From Collinsella sp. (GTDB lineage Bacteria > Actinomycetota > Coriobacteriia > Coriobacteriales > Coriobacteriaceae): 64,000 nucleotides of DNA. The notes under the pieces are model-generated. The model searched no databases. It was not told the origin of the DNA and saw only the letters and a program-made list of their open reading frames with translations. Below, in pieces: positions 18,171-27,607 of this stretch. Position 1 is the stretch's first letter; each line of letters begins with the position of its first letter. The translations under genes were made by a program, and so were the position numbers. Location: assembly GCA_019419665.1 (NCBI GenBank), contig DXZM01000049.1, positions 5,352 through 69,351 of the forward strand. Direction: 5' to 3'.

Positions 18171-19388
18171 ATGGATAGCGATGCCAAGCTGAACATCTTG
18201 ACCGAGGCCCTGGCTGCTGCCGGGGCCTCGGCATTGGCAATCGATGCGCGTGGGGACGTCGCGATCTCGACCATGAATGACGCGGCGCTCGAGCGGGATG
18301 TGGCGGCTTTTGTCGCTGAGCGCCTCGACCGTATAGGAGACGGCGCGCGTCTGGTTATGGGACGTGCGGGTGCGCGCCTGAGCCTGACCGTTCGCCCCAC
18401 CGACAAAGAGGGCGGGGGCCTTTGGGTCGTCGTGGTCCGCGAGGTGCGCGGTGCCGCGGCGCATGCGGGTATCGAGTGGCTCAACGCCGACGAAGTTGAG
18501 GCTCGCTACGAATCGAGCGCGTACGGCATCGTTGAGGGGGCGGCCTCGGTGGCTGCGCCGGTTGCCGAGAGTTACGCGCGCGGTGTGCCCCTTATGCTCG
18601 AGGGCGAGCTGGGAGCGGGTCAGGTCGAGATCGCCAAGCGCCTCTATCTGGACGGTCCTTTTGCCGGTCAGCCCTTTGTTTCCGTCGCGCTCGATGAACT
18701 CACCGATCGCGGTTGGCGCCATGTGCTCAAAAGCGCCGAATCGCCGCTGTTCCAAACGGGGCTGACCCTTTGCATTGAGGACTGGAATGCGGTTGGTCCC
18801 CAACGCCTTCGCGAGCTCGTTTCCACGATGGCCGACACCGCGTTGGCGACGCGCTGCCATGTGGTGCTGACGGCGAATGACATGCCGGGCGGCAGCGAAA
18901 GTGATCAAGCCGCTTTTGTGACCGAGCGCTTCGCCTGTGCGGTGAGCGTGGCGCCGGCAATCGCCGAGCAGGGAGCCGCGTCGAAGAAGGTTGCGCGCTA
19001 TTTGGAATATCTCGCTGACGCATTTGGGACGTCAGCGCCCACGCTGTCTGCCGCGACGGCGAAGACGCTCGATGCTTACCGCTGGCCGCGCAATTATCTG
19101 CAGCTCCGCGAGGTCTCGGAACGACTGTATATATTGGTGGGGGCGGGCACGGTGGACCGCACTGTGGCGGAGGAAGTGCTCGCCCAAGAGGACGTGATTA
19201 AGACCGCAACCTTTGGCGCCCCGACACTCGAAAGTGACCTGTATATCCTGCGACCGCTGGCCGATACCGAGCGAGATATCGCGCATCTGGTTGTAGACCA
19301 TCTCCACGGCAACCGAACCCGTGCGGCGGAGGTGCTGGGCATAAGCCGTACAACGCTGTGGCGCTTGCTGAAGGACGATGACCGTTGA
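18171..19388 (+). CDS. Enhancer-binding-protein-like regulator with degenerate AAA+ motifs and C-terminal Fis-type HTH
   Basis: The central region aligns by eye to sigma54-interaction domains (PLMLEGELGAGQVEIAKRLY, LDAYRWPRNYLQLRE). Walker A (GELGAGQ) and Walker B (CIED) are degenerate and no GAFTGA loop is seen. C-terminal HTH: NRTRAAEVLGISRTTLWRLLK. ATG at 18171 chosen. Confidence 0.7.
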   Translation: MDSDAKLNILTEALAAAGASALAIDARGDVAISTMNDAALERDVAAFVAERLDRIGDGARLVMGRAGARLSLTVRPTDKEGGGLWVVVVREVRGAAAHAGIEWLNADEVEARYESSAYGIVEGAASVAAPVAESYARGVPLMLEGELGAGQVEIAKRLYLDGPFAGQPFVSVALDELTDRGWRHVLKSAESPLFQTGLTLCIEDWNAVGPQRLRELVSTMADTALATRCHVVLTANDMPGGSESDQAAFVTERFACAVSVAPAIAEQGAASKKVARYLEYLADAFGTSAPTLSAATAKTLDAYRWPRNYLQLREVSERLYILVGAGTVDRTVAEEVLAQEDVIKTATFGAPTLESDLYILRPLADTERDIAHLVVDHLHGNRTRAAEVLGISRTTLWRLLKDDDR

Positions 19389-19472
19389 GCGAGGCGCCCG
19401 TGACCGCGCGCGACGCGTGTGCTACAGTCCAAAGCGTTATTGTTTCGATTTGGTTACGGCGTGCGAGGGCAT

Positions 19473-20048
19473 ATGGCTGAGACTTCAAAACCGAGCCGCA
19501 GAAGGCGGAGCGCCGCGCCGGTTAACCGACGCACGACATCGGTGACGTGGGGCAAACACGCCTCGGGGTTTGATGGCTCGTTCAAGCGCACTAAATACGG
19601 CTATCCTTCGGCAAGCGCCCGCTTGGCAATGCAGGCAGAGTCCTCGCTGTGGGGCCGCAAACGCGTGGTGGGCTCAAAGCTCAAGCACGACGGAACGCTC
19701 GGCTACATCAGCCGCGGGGCGGCTCGCCGCAGCGGGCTCAATCCCGCCGCCTGGCATCGCTACGTGCCGATCGTGGCCGCCGTTGCAGTGATCGTCATCG
19801 CACTCGCTGCGCTTGGCTACGCCGGCGGTGGCGCCAACTTGGACGCAATGTTTAAATCGCCCGAGCTCGCGCATGCAGGCACAGAAGTTATCGAGGGCGC
19901 TCAGACCCAGACGGGTGTCGCGCCCCAGCGCGGTATCGTTGCGGCGGCCTCCACCATCGCCGATGCGCAAAAGGACGAGGACGAACAAGGCAGCGAAGCC
20001 GAAACGGCCCAGACGAACGAAACGACGACAACTCAAATATCAACATAG
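19473..20048 (+). CDS. Hypothetical single-pass membrane protein (basic N-terminus, acidic C-terminus)
   Basis: 191 aa. Arg-rich cytoplasmic N-terminus, one TM (YVPIVAAVAVIVIALAALGYA) and an acidic/Thr-rich tail. A hairpin terminator follows. No family recognised. Confidence 0.55.
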   Translation: MAETSKPSRRRRSAAPVNRRTTSVTWGKHASGFDGSFKRTKYGYPSASARLAMQAESSLWGRKRVVGSKLKHDGTLGYISRGAARRSGLNPAAWHRYVPIVAAVAVIVIALAALGYAGGGANLDAMFKSPELAHAGTEVIEGAQTQTGVAPQRGIVAAASTIADAQKDEDEQGSEAETAQTNETTTTQIST

Positions 20049-20050
20049 CT

Positions 20051-20085
20051 TGCCGGCAGAAGGGGACGTTCCTTTTCTGCCGGCA
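20051..20085. terminator. Hairpin terminator between convergent genes
   Basis: TGCCGGCAGAAGG...CCTTTTCTGCCGGCA. Confidence 0.65.
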
Positions 20086-20103
20086 GTTTAGGACACTCCT
20101 GCG

Positions 20104-20625
20104 CTACCTAACGTACACCACGTTGTCGCGGCGCGGCTTTGCCTCGGGCAGCGTGTCCTCGGCGTAGCCAAGAATGCAGTTACCGACACCGCGCAGGCTG
20201 CCGTTGGCGGGCAGGCCCCAGCTGGCCAGCAGCTCCAGGCCCTCGGGCGAGTCAAAGACCTCATGCGCGCGGTGAATCCAGCACGAATCGACACCCAGTG
20301 CATAGGCGGCGTTGAGCAAGTTGCCCATGGCGAGCGAGCCGTCTTCCAGATGTGTGGGCACGCTGCGGTCAACCAGCACCACCACAACGGTCTTGGCGCC
20401 ATAGAAGGGGTCGCTGTTGCTGCCCATGACCTGGGCGTTGAGCTGTGAGAGACGCTCGACGGTCGCGGGGTCAGTGACGGCGACAAACGTCACCGGCTGA
20501 CGGCCCATGCCGCTCGGTGCATATTGGCCGGCTTCGATAATACGTGCAAGCTTTTCGGCCTCGACGGGACGATCGCTGTAGTTGCGGCAGCTGCGACGGT
20601 GAATGAGTGCTTCGATAGTCTCCAT
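20104..20625 (-). CDS. Nitroreductase-family protein
   Basis: METIEALIHRRSCRNYSDRPV... matches the classic nitroreductase N-terminal motif. About 173 aa. Confidence 0.8.
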   Translation of the reverse strand: METIEALIHRRSCRNYSDRPVEAEKLARIIEAGQYAPSGMGRQPVTFVAVTDPATVERLSQLNAQVMGSNSDPFYGAKTVVVVLVDRSVPTHLEDGSLAMGNLLNAAYALGVDSCWIHRAHEVFDSPEGLELLASWGLPANGSLRGVGNCILGYAEDTLPEAKPRRDNVVYVR

Positions 20626-20919
20626 GGTGTCTCCTTGCGGTGGCGTTGCAGATGCCTCGTTCATACCCGCCGGGCTTAAACGATAGACGGTCAATTGCCC
20701 GGCCAAAAGGATAGATTCCAATTGGGAAAGTAGGTTTGCATAAAAGTACCTTCAGAATGTGACAAACAAATGGGATGGTTAAACGTTTTATCCCGTCTAC
20801 CCTGCGGTTTTTTACCACTTGCCTAAATGACGAACGCATAACCTCTGATAAAGGTTTTACTAAAGGAGTACCAACGTTTATCAATGCGCCGTGGTGGCGC
20901 CGGGCCAGGAGGTAACATC

Positions 20920-21210
20920 ATGTTCCAGGCTGGAGATGTCGTCGAGACCGATTTCGAAGGATTTCTGAAGCTGCTGCGTTCCAAGACGCGCGCTTTCGTG
21001 TCGATCAACGATCACGAGTACTACATCACGCACACCGATGGCTATTGGCGTGTTCAGGATTGCGAGGCCCTCAACGACAAGGGCCACTTTACTGACTGCT
21101 CCGAGCTAGTCAACACGGTCTGCGAGGTCGTCGAGCTGCCGTGGATTGCCGGCAAGAGCCTGCATGACAGCTTCTCGGGCGCTACGGTCTATGAGGCCGT
21201 CGCCGCTTAA
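20920..21210 (+). CDS. Hypothetical small protein
   Basis: 96 aa. Strong RBS AGGAGG 8 nt upstream of the ATG at 20920, and a terminator downstream. No family recognised. Confidence 0.55.
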   Translation: MFQAGDVVETDFEGFLKLLRSKTRAFVSINDHEYYITHTDGYWRVQDCEALNDKGHFTDCSELVNTVCEVVELPWIAGKSLHDSFSGATVYEAVAA

Positions 21211-21237
21211 CAGGCAATAAAACTCGATTTTCACGTG

Positions 21238-21273
21238 ACCGCTGGCGCCGCCCCCGCGCCGGCGGTCTTTTTC
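21238..21273 (+). terminator. Intrinsic terminator after the small hypothetical gene
   Basis: GACCGCTGGCGC-N6-GCGCCGGCGGTC followed by TTTTTC. Confidence 0.75.
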
Positions 21274-21391
21274 TGCCGATAGACCATAAAAATGTACGCA
21301 TTTGCGGAGAGGCTGTTGACGATAGTCAAAACTCGGACTAATCTAGAGACACAAAATTGGTCAAAAATCGGACAATCGAATGGTGGGATAG

Positions 21392-21892
21392 ATGAATAGT
21401 GCGGTTGCACTGGTCGACTTCGACCGGTTGCTCAATGGACTCGACCATATCTATTCGGAGTTCTCGCGCGCCTGCGGCCTTTCGGACTGCGCTTACTGGA
21501 TGCTCGTCGATACCAGCACGGCGGGCGGCAGTATTGCCGTAAGCCGTCTGACAAGCGAATGGTTCTACAGCAAGCAGACCATCAACTCGGCAATTAAAAC
21601 CTTGACGGCGCGGGGCTTCGCAACGTTGGAGTTTGCCGAAGGCAGCCGTAAGAACAAGGTTGTGAGCCTGACCGAAGAGGGCAGGCGATTTGCCGAGCGT
21701 TATGCGCTGCCGGCACTCAAGGCCGAGCAGCGAGCCTTTGGCGCGCTTGAGCCGTGTGAGCAGCGCGAGATTATGCGCTTGATCGGCAAATTCTCTCAGG
21801 TGCTCGGCGACGAGTGCGAGACATTTAAACAGCAGGTGGCAGCCGCAAGCCAGATGCAAGATCGACGTGAGGGGGAGTCGTGCGACTGTTAA
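21392..21892 (+). CDS. MarR-family transcriptional regulator
   Basis: Winged-helix segment (SKQTINSAIKTLTARGFATLEFAEGSRKNKVVSLTEEG). Its stop overlaps the start region of the downstream ABC gene. Confidence 0.8.
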   Translation: MNSAVALVDFDRLLNGLDHIYSEFSRACGLSDCAYWMLVDTSTAGGSIAVSRLTSEWFYSKQTINSAIKTLTARGFATLEFAEGSRKNKVVSLTEEGRRFAERYALPALKAEQRAFGALEPCEQREIMRLIGKFSQVLGDECETFKQQVAAASQMQDRREGESCDC

Positions 21893-23616
21893 TGAGGTTT
21901 CTAAAGCCATATCGAGGGCTTGTCGCAGTGACACTGCTGGTGCTGCTGGTGGATAACGTCGGTACGCTGTTGGTTCCCACGATGCTGGCGAACATGGTCA
22001 ACACCGGTATTACCACGGGCGATGTCGACTACATTTTACGCAACGGCCTATACATGTTTATCGCGACCAGCATGGCTAGCGGCGGCACGGTGCTGGGCTG
22101 CTATCTTTCGGCGCGCCTGGCCGCCAACGTGGCTTGCGATATCCGCAATGCCGTGTACGACAAATCGCTCGAGCTCGCGGCCAGCGATTTTGAGCGCTTT
22201 GGCACTGGATCGATGATCACGCGCTCGCTCAACGACATCAACGTGATTCAGCAGGCGATTCTGCAGACGATTCAGCTGGTGCTGCCCGTGCCGTTTTTGG
22301 CTGTGGCGGGCATCATATTCGCCTGGTTTATCGATCCCGCCATGGGCACGCTTCTGGGCGTAGTCGTTGCGATTGTGCTGGTGGCGGCGGTCTTTACGGT
22401 TGCCAACGCGGCTCCGATCTTTATGCGCCTACAGGGCTTTATCGACCGCATGAACGTGGTGCTGCGCGAGAATATTGTGGGCGTGCGCGTCATCCGTGCG
22501 TTTAACAAGGAGCGCCACGAGGAACGGCGTCTGGACGAGGTGTTTAGCGAATACGCCGCCAACGCCATCAAGGTCAACCACCTGTTTGTGGGCCTTGACA
22601 GCTCCAGCTTCTTTTTGATGAACATCGCCGAGGTGGCGGTGCTGTGGGTGGGCGGTAACCGGGTGGGCGCCCACGCCATGCAGATTGCGAGTATCTCGGC
22701 GGTGCTGGAGTATGCAATTCTGATCCTGTTCTTTGTGATGATGGCCCAGATGGTGGTGCTGACGCTTCCGCGTGCCGCCGCGTGCCTGAACCGTGCGCAG
22801 CAGGTGTTGGAGATTGAGCCGAGCATTGTGGACGGCGAGCGTACGCTGGGTGACGGGACGCCTGCCTCCGAGGACGATGCGGATGCTGTTGCCGTGTTCG
22901 ACCACATGTCGTTTCGCTTTGACGATGCCGACGAGGACACCCTGTGCGACCTGAGCTTTGCCTGTCGTCGCGGTCAGACGACCGCGATTGTGGGCTCGAC
23001 GGGCTCGGGCAAGTCGACGGTGGCAAAGCTTCTGCTGCGCTTCCACGATGCCACCAAGGGCGCCATTCGCCTGGACGGCATCGACCTGCGCGAGCTTTCG
23101 CAAGATGAGATTCGCGGGCGCATCGCCTATGTGCCGCAGAAGGCGTGGCTGTTCTCGGGCACCGTGGCAAGCAATCTGCGCTTTGGCAACGAGGACGCGA
23201 CCGAGGCGGACATGCTTCATGCGCTGCAGGTTGCCCAGAGCACCTTTGTGCTCGATCAGCCGCGGGGGCTCGATACTCCGGTTGCCCAGGGCGGTACGAA
23301 CTTTTCGGGCGGCCAGCGCCAGCGTCTGGCAATTGCCCGTGCGCTCATGAAGCATGCCGATCTGTATATCTTCGATGACAGTTTTTCGGCCCTGGACTTT
23401 AAAACCGATGCGGCCTTGCGCCATGCGCTGCAGGACGAGACGCGCGATGCCGCGGTGCTCATCATCGCGCAGCGCATCTCGACGATTTTGCATGCCGACC
23501 AGATTGTCGTGCTCAAGGATGGCGAGGTCGTGGGCCTGGGCGCACACGAGGAACTTATGGAAACCTGCGAGGTGTACCGCGCCATCGCGGAATCGCAGAT
23601 GAAGGGAGGTGAGTAG
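21880..23616 (+). CDS. ABC exporter, fused permease/ATPase (heterodimer subunit 1)
   Basis: Six-TM domain plus an NBD with Walker A GSTGSGKST, signature FSGGQRQR and Walker B LYIFDD. GTG at 21880 follows GAGGGGGAG; an ATG at 21892 is also possible. Confidence 0.9.
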   Translation: MRLLMRFLKPYRGLVAVTLLVLLVDNVGTLLVPTMLANMVNTGITTGDVDYILRNGLYMFIATSMASGGTVLGCYLSARLAANVACDIRNAVYDKSLELAASDFERFGTGSMITRSLNDINVIQQAILQTIQLVLPVPFLAVAGIIFAWFIDPAMGTLLGVVVAIVLVAAVFTVANAAPIFMRLQGFIDRMNVVLRENIVGVRVIRAFNKERHEERRLDEVFSEYAANAIKVNHLFVGLDSSSFFLMNIAEVAVLWVGGNRVGAHAMQIASISAVLEYAILILFFVMMAQMVVLTLPRAAACLNRAQQVLEIEPSIVDGERTLGDGTPASEDDADAVAVFDHMSFRFDDADEDTLCDLSFACRRGQTTAIVGSTGSGKSTVAKLLLRFHDATKGAIRLDGIDLRELSQDEIRGRIAYVPQKAWLFSGTVASNLRFGNEDATEADMLHALQVAQSTFVLDQPRGLDTPVAQGGTNFSGGQRQRLAIARALMKHADLYIFDDSFSALDFKTDAALRHALQDETRDAAVLIIAQRISTILHADQIVVLKDGEVVGLGAHEELMETCEVYRAIAESQMKGGE

Positions 23617-23617
23617 C

Positions 23618-25633
23618 ATGACCGAGGAGCTCAAGAAGCGCAGCGACGCTATCGATGCCGTCGTTGTGGACGCGGCCGAGGAAGCGGTCGAGCAGTCTGC
23701 CGCGTCGACCGAGCAGGATGCCGCCGCCAGGGCCGCGGCCGAGCGCGAGGCTCGTCGCCAGGCGCTGTACGAGGAAAACGAGCGTGCCGAGGACGAGCGC
23801 GCCCGTGCCGAGGCAGAGCGTATGCGCGACGTGGACGACGAAGAAGAGGACGAGACGCCCCGGGATACCTGGGCGACGGTGCGCCGCTTGTGGAGCGAGG
23901 CCGCCGGCGACCATTGGCGCTTCTATATTGTATTCGCGAGCATTGTGTTCTACGTCATCTTTAACACCGCCGCGCCGGCATATAGCGCTCATGTTATCGA
24001 CGAGCTGTGGGGCCATATACAGGTGGCGTTTGCCAGCGGAACGACCTTCAGCATCACCTGGGATCAGTGCGGTAAGACCATCTTTGTCTACTTTTTGATC
24101 TGGACAGCCGCCGGATCGTTCTATGCGCTGCAGAGTTTTTTGATGTCGAGCGTCGCCGAGCGACTCAACCTGCGTCTGCGCAACCGCATCGCGCAGAAGC
24201 TCAGTCGCCTGCCGCTCGCCTACTTTGACGCGCATCGCCCCGGTGAGGTGGTCAGCCGCGCGACCAATGACTTGGACAAGATGTCCGAGAGTATGCAGCG
24301 CGGATTGCTGCAGCTGCTGGTATCGATCGGTACCGTGACGGGTGCCATCATCATGATGTTCGTCTATAGCGTCAGGCTCACGTTGGTCTTTTTGGGCTTT
24401 ACGGCGGTATCGCTTCTGGTGACCAAGGTGGTTTCGCGCCGTACGCATGATGTGACGGGTGAGCGCCAGGAGTGGGTATCCAAGATCACGAGCGCGGTCG
24501 AGGAGGGCTATTCGGGCCGTCTGGTGATTCGCGCGTTTAACCGCGAGCATCAGAGTTCTGCCGAGGTGCACCAGGCCTCGAGGGAGCTAGCGCGCGTGAG
24601 CACCAAGGCCGACTTTATGATTAACGCCGTCGGTCCCGCGGTGCGCTTTATCGGCCGCCTGGCACAGATCGTGATTGCGATTGTTGGTTGCAGCATGCTG
24701 ATTGCCGGCCACATGACCGTTGGTGTGTTCCAGGCGTTCTTCCAGTTTATCTACGAGGCGTCCGAGCCCATGACGCAGCTGTCGTTTACCTTCAACTCGC
24801 TACAGAGCGCGCTGGCGAGTGCGGAGCGCGTGTTCGACCTGCTCGATGAGCCCGAGATGGAAGCCGATCCGCTGCCGGGCGAGGCCGCCAAGCTACCGGG
24901 TCGCGTGGAGGGCCGCGTCGCCTTTGAGCATGTGCGCTTTGGCTATTCGCCCGAAAAGCCGCTCATGCGCGACGTGTCGTTTACCGCCGAGCCGGGTCAG
25001 AAGATTGCCGTGGTGGGAACCACGGGCGCAGGCAAGACGACGCTCATCAACCTGCTCATGCGCTTTTACGAGATCGACGGCGGCCGCATTACGCTTGACG
25101 GTGTGGATACGCGCCTCATGGACCGCGGTGAGCTACGGCAGCAGTTTGGCATGGTGCTGCAGGACGCCTGGCTATTCGATGGCACGATTGCCGAAAACAT
25201 CGCCTACGGCTGCCCCGAGGCAACGCGCGAGGAGATCGTGGCCGCCGCTCGTGCCGCGCAGGTCGACTTTTTCGTGCGCACTATGCCGCAGGGCTACGAC
25301 ACGCGTGTGGCTAACGATGCCGAGAGCATTAGTCAGGGCCAACGCCAGCTGCTGACCATTGCGCGCGTGCTGCTCAACAACCCGGCGATTCTCATCCTGG
25401 ACGAGGCGACCTCAAGCGTGGACACGCGCACCGAGCTTGCCATCGGCCGTGCCATGGACGCGCTTATGCGCGGGCGCACGAGCTTTGTGATCGCGCATCG
25501 CCTGTCGACGATCGTGGACGCCGACCTGATCTTGGTCATGGACCACGGCAACATTATCGAGCAGGGCACGCATAAGGAGCTGCTCGCAGCCGAGGGCGCT
25601 TATGCCGACCTCTATCTGAGCCAGTTCGCATAA
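23618..25633 (+). CDS. ABC exporter, fused permease/ATPase (heterodimer subunit 2) with acidic N-terminal extension
   Basis: NBD motifs GTTGAGKTT, ISQGQRQL and ILILDEATS. About 90 N-terminal residues are charged and low-complexity (EREARRQALYEENERAEDERARAEAERMRDVDDEEEDE). RBS GAAGGGAGG. Confidence 0.9.
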   Translation: MTEELKKRSDAIDAVVVDAAEEAVEQSAASTEQDAAARAAAEREARRQALYEENERAEDERARAEAERMRDVDDEEEDETPRDTWATVRRLWSEAAGDHWRFYIVFASIVFYVIFNTAAPAYSAHVIDELWGHIQVAFASGTTFSITWDQCGKTIFVYFLIWTAAGSFYALQSFLMSSVAERLNLRLRNRIAQKLSRLPLAYFDAHRPGEVVSRATNDLDKMSESMQRGLLQLLVSIGTVTGAIIMMFVYSVRLTLVFLGFTAVSLLVTKVVSRRTHDVTGERQEWVSKITSAVEEGYSGRLVIRAFNREHQSSAEVHQASRELARVSTKADFMINAVGPAVRFIGRLAQIVIAIVGCSMLIAGHMTVGVFQAFFQFIYEASEPMTQLSFTFNSLQSALASAERVFDLLDEPEMEADPLPGEAAKLPGRVEGRVAFEHVRFGYSPEKPLMRDVSFTAEPGQKIAVVGTTGAGKTTLINLLMRFYEIDGGRITLDGVDTRLMDRGELRQQFGMVLQDAWLFDGTIAENIAYGCPEATREEIVAAARAAQVDFFVRTMPQGYDTRVANDAESISQGQRQLLTIARVLLNNPAILILDEATSSVDTRTELAIGRAMDALMRGRTSFVIAHRLSTIVDADLILVMDHGNIIEQGTHKELLAAEGAYADLYLSQFA

Positions 25634-25664
25634 TGTGACAAAGGGACAGTCCCACATGTCGCAT
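25633..25664. repeat. Hairpin repeat family 1, copy 2 (degenerate)
   Basis: ATGTGACAAAGGGACAGTCCCACATGTCGCAT overlaps the ABC gene stop. The right arm is eroded. Confidence 0.6.
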
Positions 25665-25713
25665 CAACGCAAAGGCGCGCCGGGGATGAATTCCCTGGCG
25701 CGCCTTTGCGTTG
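25665..25713. terminator. Long hairpin between the convergent ABC exporter and cysE genes
   Basis: CAACGCAAAGGCGCGCCGGGG / CCCTGGCGCGCCTTTGCGTTG, an approximately 20-bp stem. Confidence 0.65.
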
Positions 25714-25742
25714 GCGTCAATGTTGTCGGTGGTCGTCCGCCT

Positions 25743-26447
25743 CTAGCGTTCGTCCGCGAGCTTGGCGATGAGGGCTTTGAGCTCGGCCACCTCTCGCTCG
25801 AGTTCCTTGACGCGGCGGGCATTCTCGGTGATGCCCTGGCGGTTGAGGGCACTCTGCTCGGCGGCGTCATCGGGCATGTACTCGCGATGCTGCTTGGCGT
25901 CGAAACTCTCCTCGAACACGCGGCAGCCGTTGCGCTTGATGATGCGTCCCGGCACGCCCACGACGGTGCAGTTGTCGGGCACGTCCTTAACGACGACCGA
26001 GTTGCCGCCGATTTTGACGTTGTTGCCGATGCGGATGTTGCCGAGCACCTTGGCGCCCGTGCCCACGGTGACGTTGTTGCCTAGGGTGGGGTGGCGCTTG
26101 CCGGTCTCGTTGCCGGTACCGCCGAGCGTGACGCCCTGGTAGAGCACGCAGTTGTCACCCACAATGGTGGTCTCGCCGATGACGACGCCCATGGCGTGGT
26201 CGATAAAGAAATGCTTGCCGATCTGTGCGGCGGGATGAATCTCGACGCCGGTGATGTGACGGGTGATTTGCGAGAGCACGCGGGCGAGCGAGCGATGACC
26301 GTGCTCCCAGAGCCAGTGCTCGGGCACGTGGTTCCACTTGGCGTGCAGGCCAGGATAGGAAAGGAAGATGACCAGACCGTTTTGCGCGGCGGGGTCCTGC
26401 GCTTGGACGGTCTTGATGTCCTCGCGAATGGTATTGATAAAGCTCAC
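25743..26447 (-). CDS. cysE: Serine O-acetyltransferase with C-terminal coiled-coil extension
   Basis: Hexapeptide-repeat core ([43 protein letters not shown]). GTG start at 26447 follows GGGAGGG. About 60 extra C-terminal residues end in [21 protein letters not shown]. Confidence 0.85.
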   Translation of the reverse strand: MSFINTIREDIKTVQAQDPAAQNGLVIFLSYPGLHAKWNHVPEHWLWEHGHRSLARVLSQITRHITGVEIHPAAQIGKHFFIDHAMGVVIGETTIVGDNCVLYQGVTLGGTGNETGKRHPTLGNNVTVGTGAKVLGNIRIGNNVKIGGNSVVVKDVPDNCTVVGVPGRIIKRNGCRVFEESFDAKQHREYMPDDAAEQSALNRQGITENARRVKELEREVAELKALIAKLADER

Positions 26448-26670
26448 CGGCCGCCCTCCCTTAGCGCCATGGCAATGCGATTCAATAAAGTATAGCGATT
26501 CGCTAGGGATTAGGAAGGACAATCTTGGCGGCATTGCGCGACAGGTGTCAGTTATGCAAACTTGCTGGTAATGGAGTCATGCTTTTGTGGGGTTGCGCAC
26601 GAGGGGACGCCGCAACCGTATACTGGTCAACTTGGACGTATCCGCGCCCACAACTGAGAGGTTTTACTTC

Positions 26671-27309
26671 ATGGGTTTCATTAATTTTATCGCCGAGCTG
26701 CTCAAAGACCCGCGCACCGCGATTGCCAGCTGGATCGCCGCCGGCCCGCTTATGGCCTACGGCTGCGTGTTCCTGATCATCTTTATCGAGACGGGCGTGG
26801 TGTTCTTCCCGTTCCTTCCCGGTGATTCGCTGCTGTTTGCTTCGGGCTTCTTTGCCCACAACGGTGGCTTTAACATCGTGGCTTTGCTGGCCGTCGCATG
26901 GGCTGCTGCCATCTTGGGCGATCAGTGCAACTTTATGATCGGTCACTTCTTTGGCCGCAAGATCATCGCTTCGGGTAAGGTCAAGGCCATGACGCCCGAG
27001 CGCATTAAAAAGTCCGAGGACTTCTTGGACAAGTGGGGCCACCTGGCCATTTTCCTCGGCCGCTTCTTCCCGTTTATCCGCACCTTTGTGCCCTTTATCG
27101 CCGGCATGGGCGGCATGCACTGGCGCAACTTTGTCATCTTTAACGTGCTGGGTGGCATTACCTGGTCAACGCTCTTTACGCTGCTGGGCTACTTCTTTGG
27201 CGGCATTCCCTTTGTGCAGGAGCACTTTGAGCTGCTGATTATCGGCATCGTTACCGTGTCGATCATCCCGACCGTGGTCGGTCTGGTCAAGGCTAAGCTG
27301 GGTAAATAG
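26671..27309 (+). CDS. DedA-family membrane protein
   Basis: Contains FIETGVVFFPFLPGDSLLF and GRFFPFIRTFVPFIAG, both DedA/SNARE-associated signatures. Confidence 0.85.
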   Translation: MGFINFIAELLKDPRTAIASWIAAGPLMAYGCVFLIIFIETGVVFFPFLPGDSLLFASGFFAHNGGFNIVALLAVAWAAAILGDQCNFMIGHFFGRKIIASGKVKAMTPERIKKSEDFLDKWGHLAIFLGRFFPFIRTFVPFIAGMGGMHWRNFVIFNVLGGITWSTLFTLLGYFFGGIPFVQEHFELLIIGIVTVSIIPTVVGLVKAKLGK

Positions 27310-27607
27310 AACGCGTAGCTCGAGCCAGCGCGCAAACCGTGCAGTTGAGGCCCGTCGCCGTTTACGGTGGCGGGCCTCTTCAGCTTCGGTCAAATGAAAT
27401 TACTTTAGTTAGTTAAAGAAAAACGTTTTATCCGACGCGCGTGCGGAGTACAATCTCGTGCATGCGAATCGACGTGCCATCGGTTTTGATGCTGTTCGCG
27501 TGTCCCGTCCGGCTCTACGCTCCGGGCGTGCGACGTTGCGACGCGGTCGGCCTCGGTCCTTGCGTGCGGGTTCGCGAGTTTGCAACTGTGTATGTAAGGA
27601 GCGACAT

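Noticed and set aside
20784-20796. The 13-mer AAACGTTTTATCC is shared with 27421-27433, and its palindromic core AAACGTTT resembles PurR/CcpA-type operators.
   Set aside because: There are only two occurrences, and the palindrome is short (8-10 bp). The flanks do not extend to a 14-16 bp operator consensus. The evidence is insufficient without a genome-wide motif search.
27310-27607. T-box or attenuator leader upstream of ilvE.
   Set aside because: I found no T-box consensus (…GGUGGNACCGCG…), no specifier-loop context and no Leu/Ile/Val-rich leader peptide. The region contains only the dedA terminator-like hairpin and GC-rich sequence.
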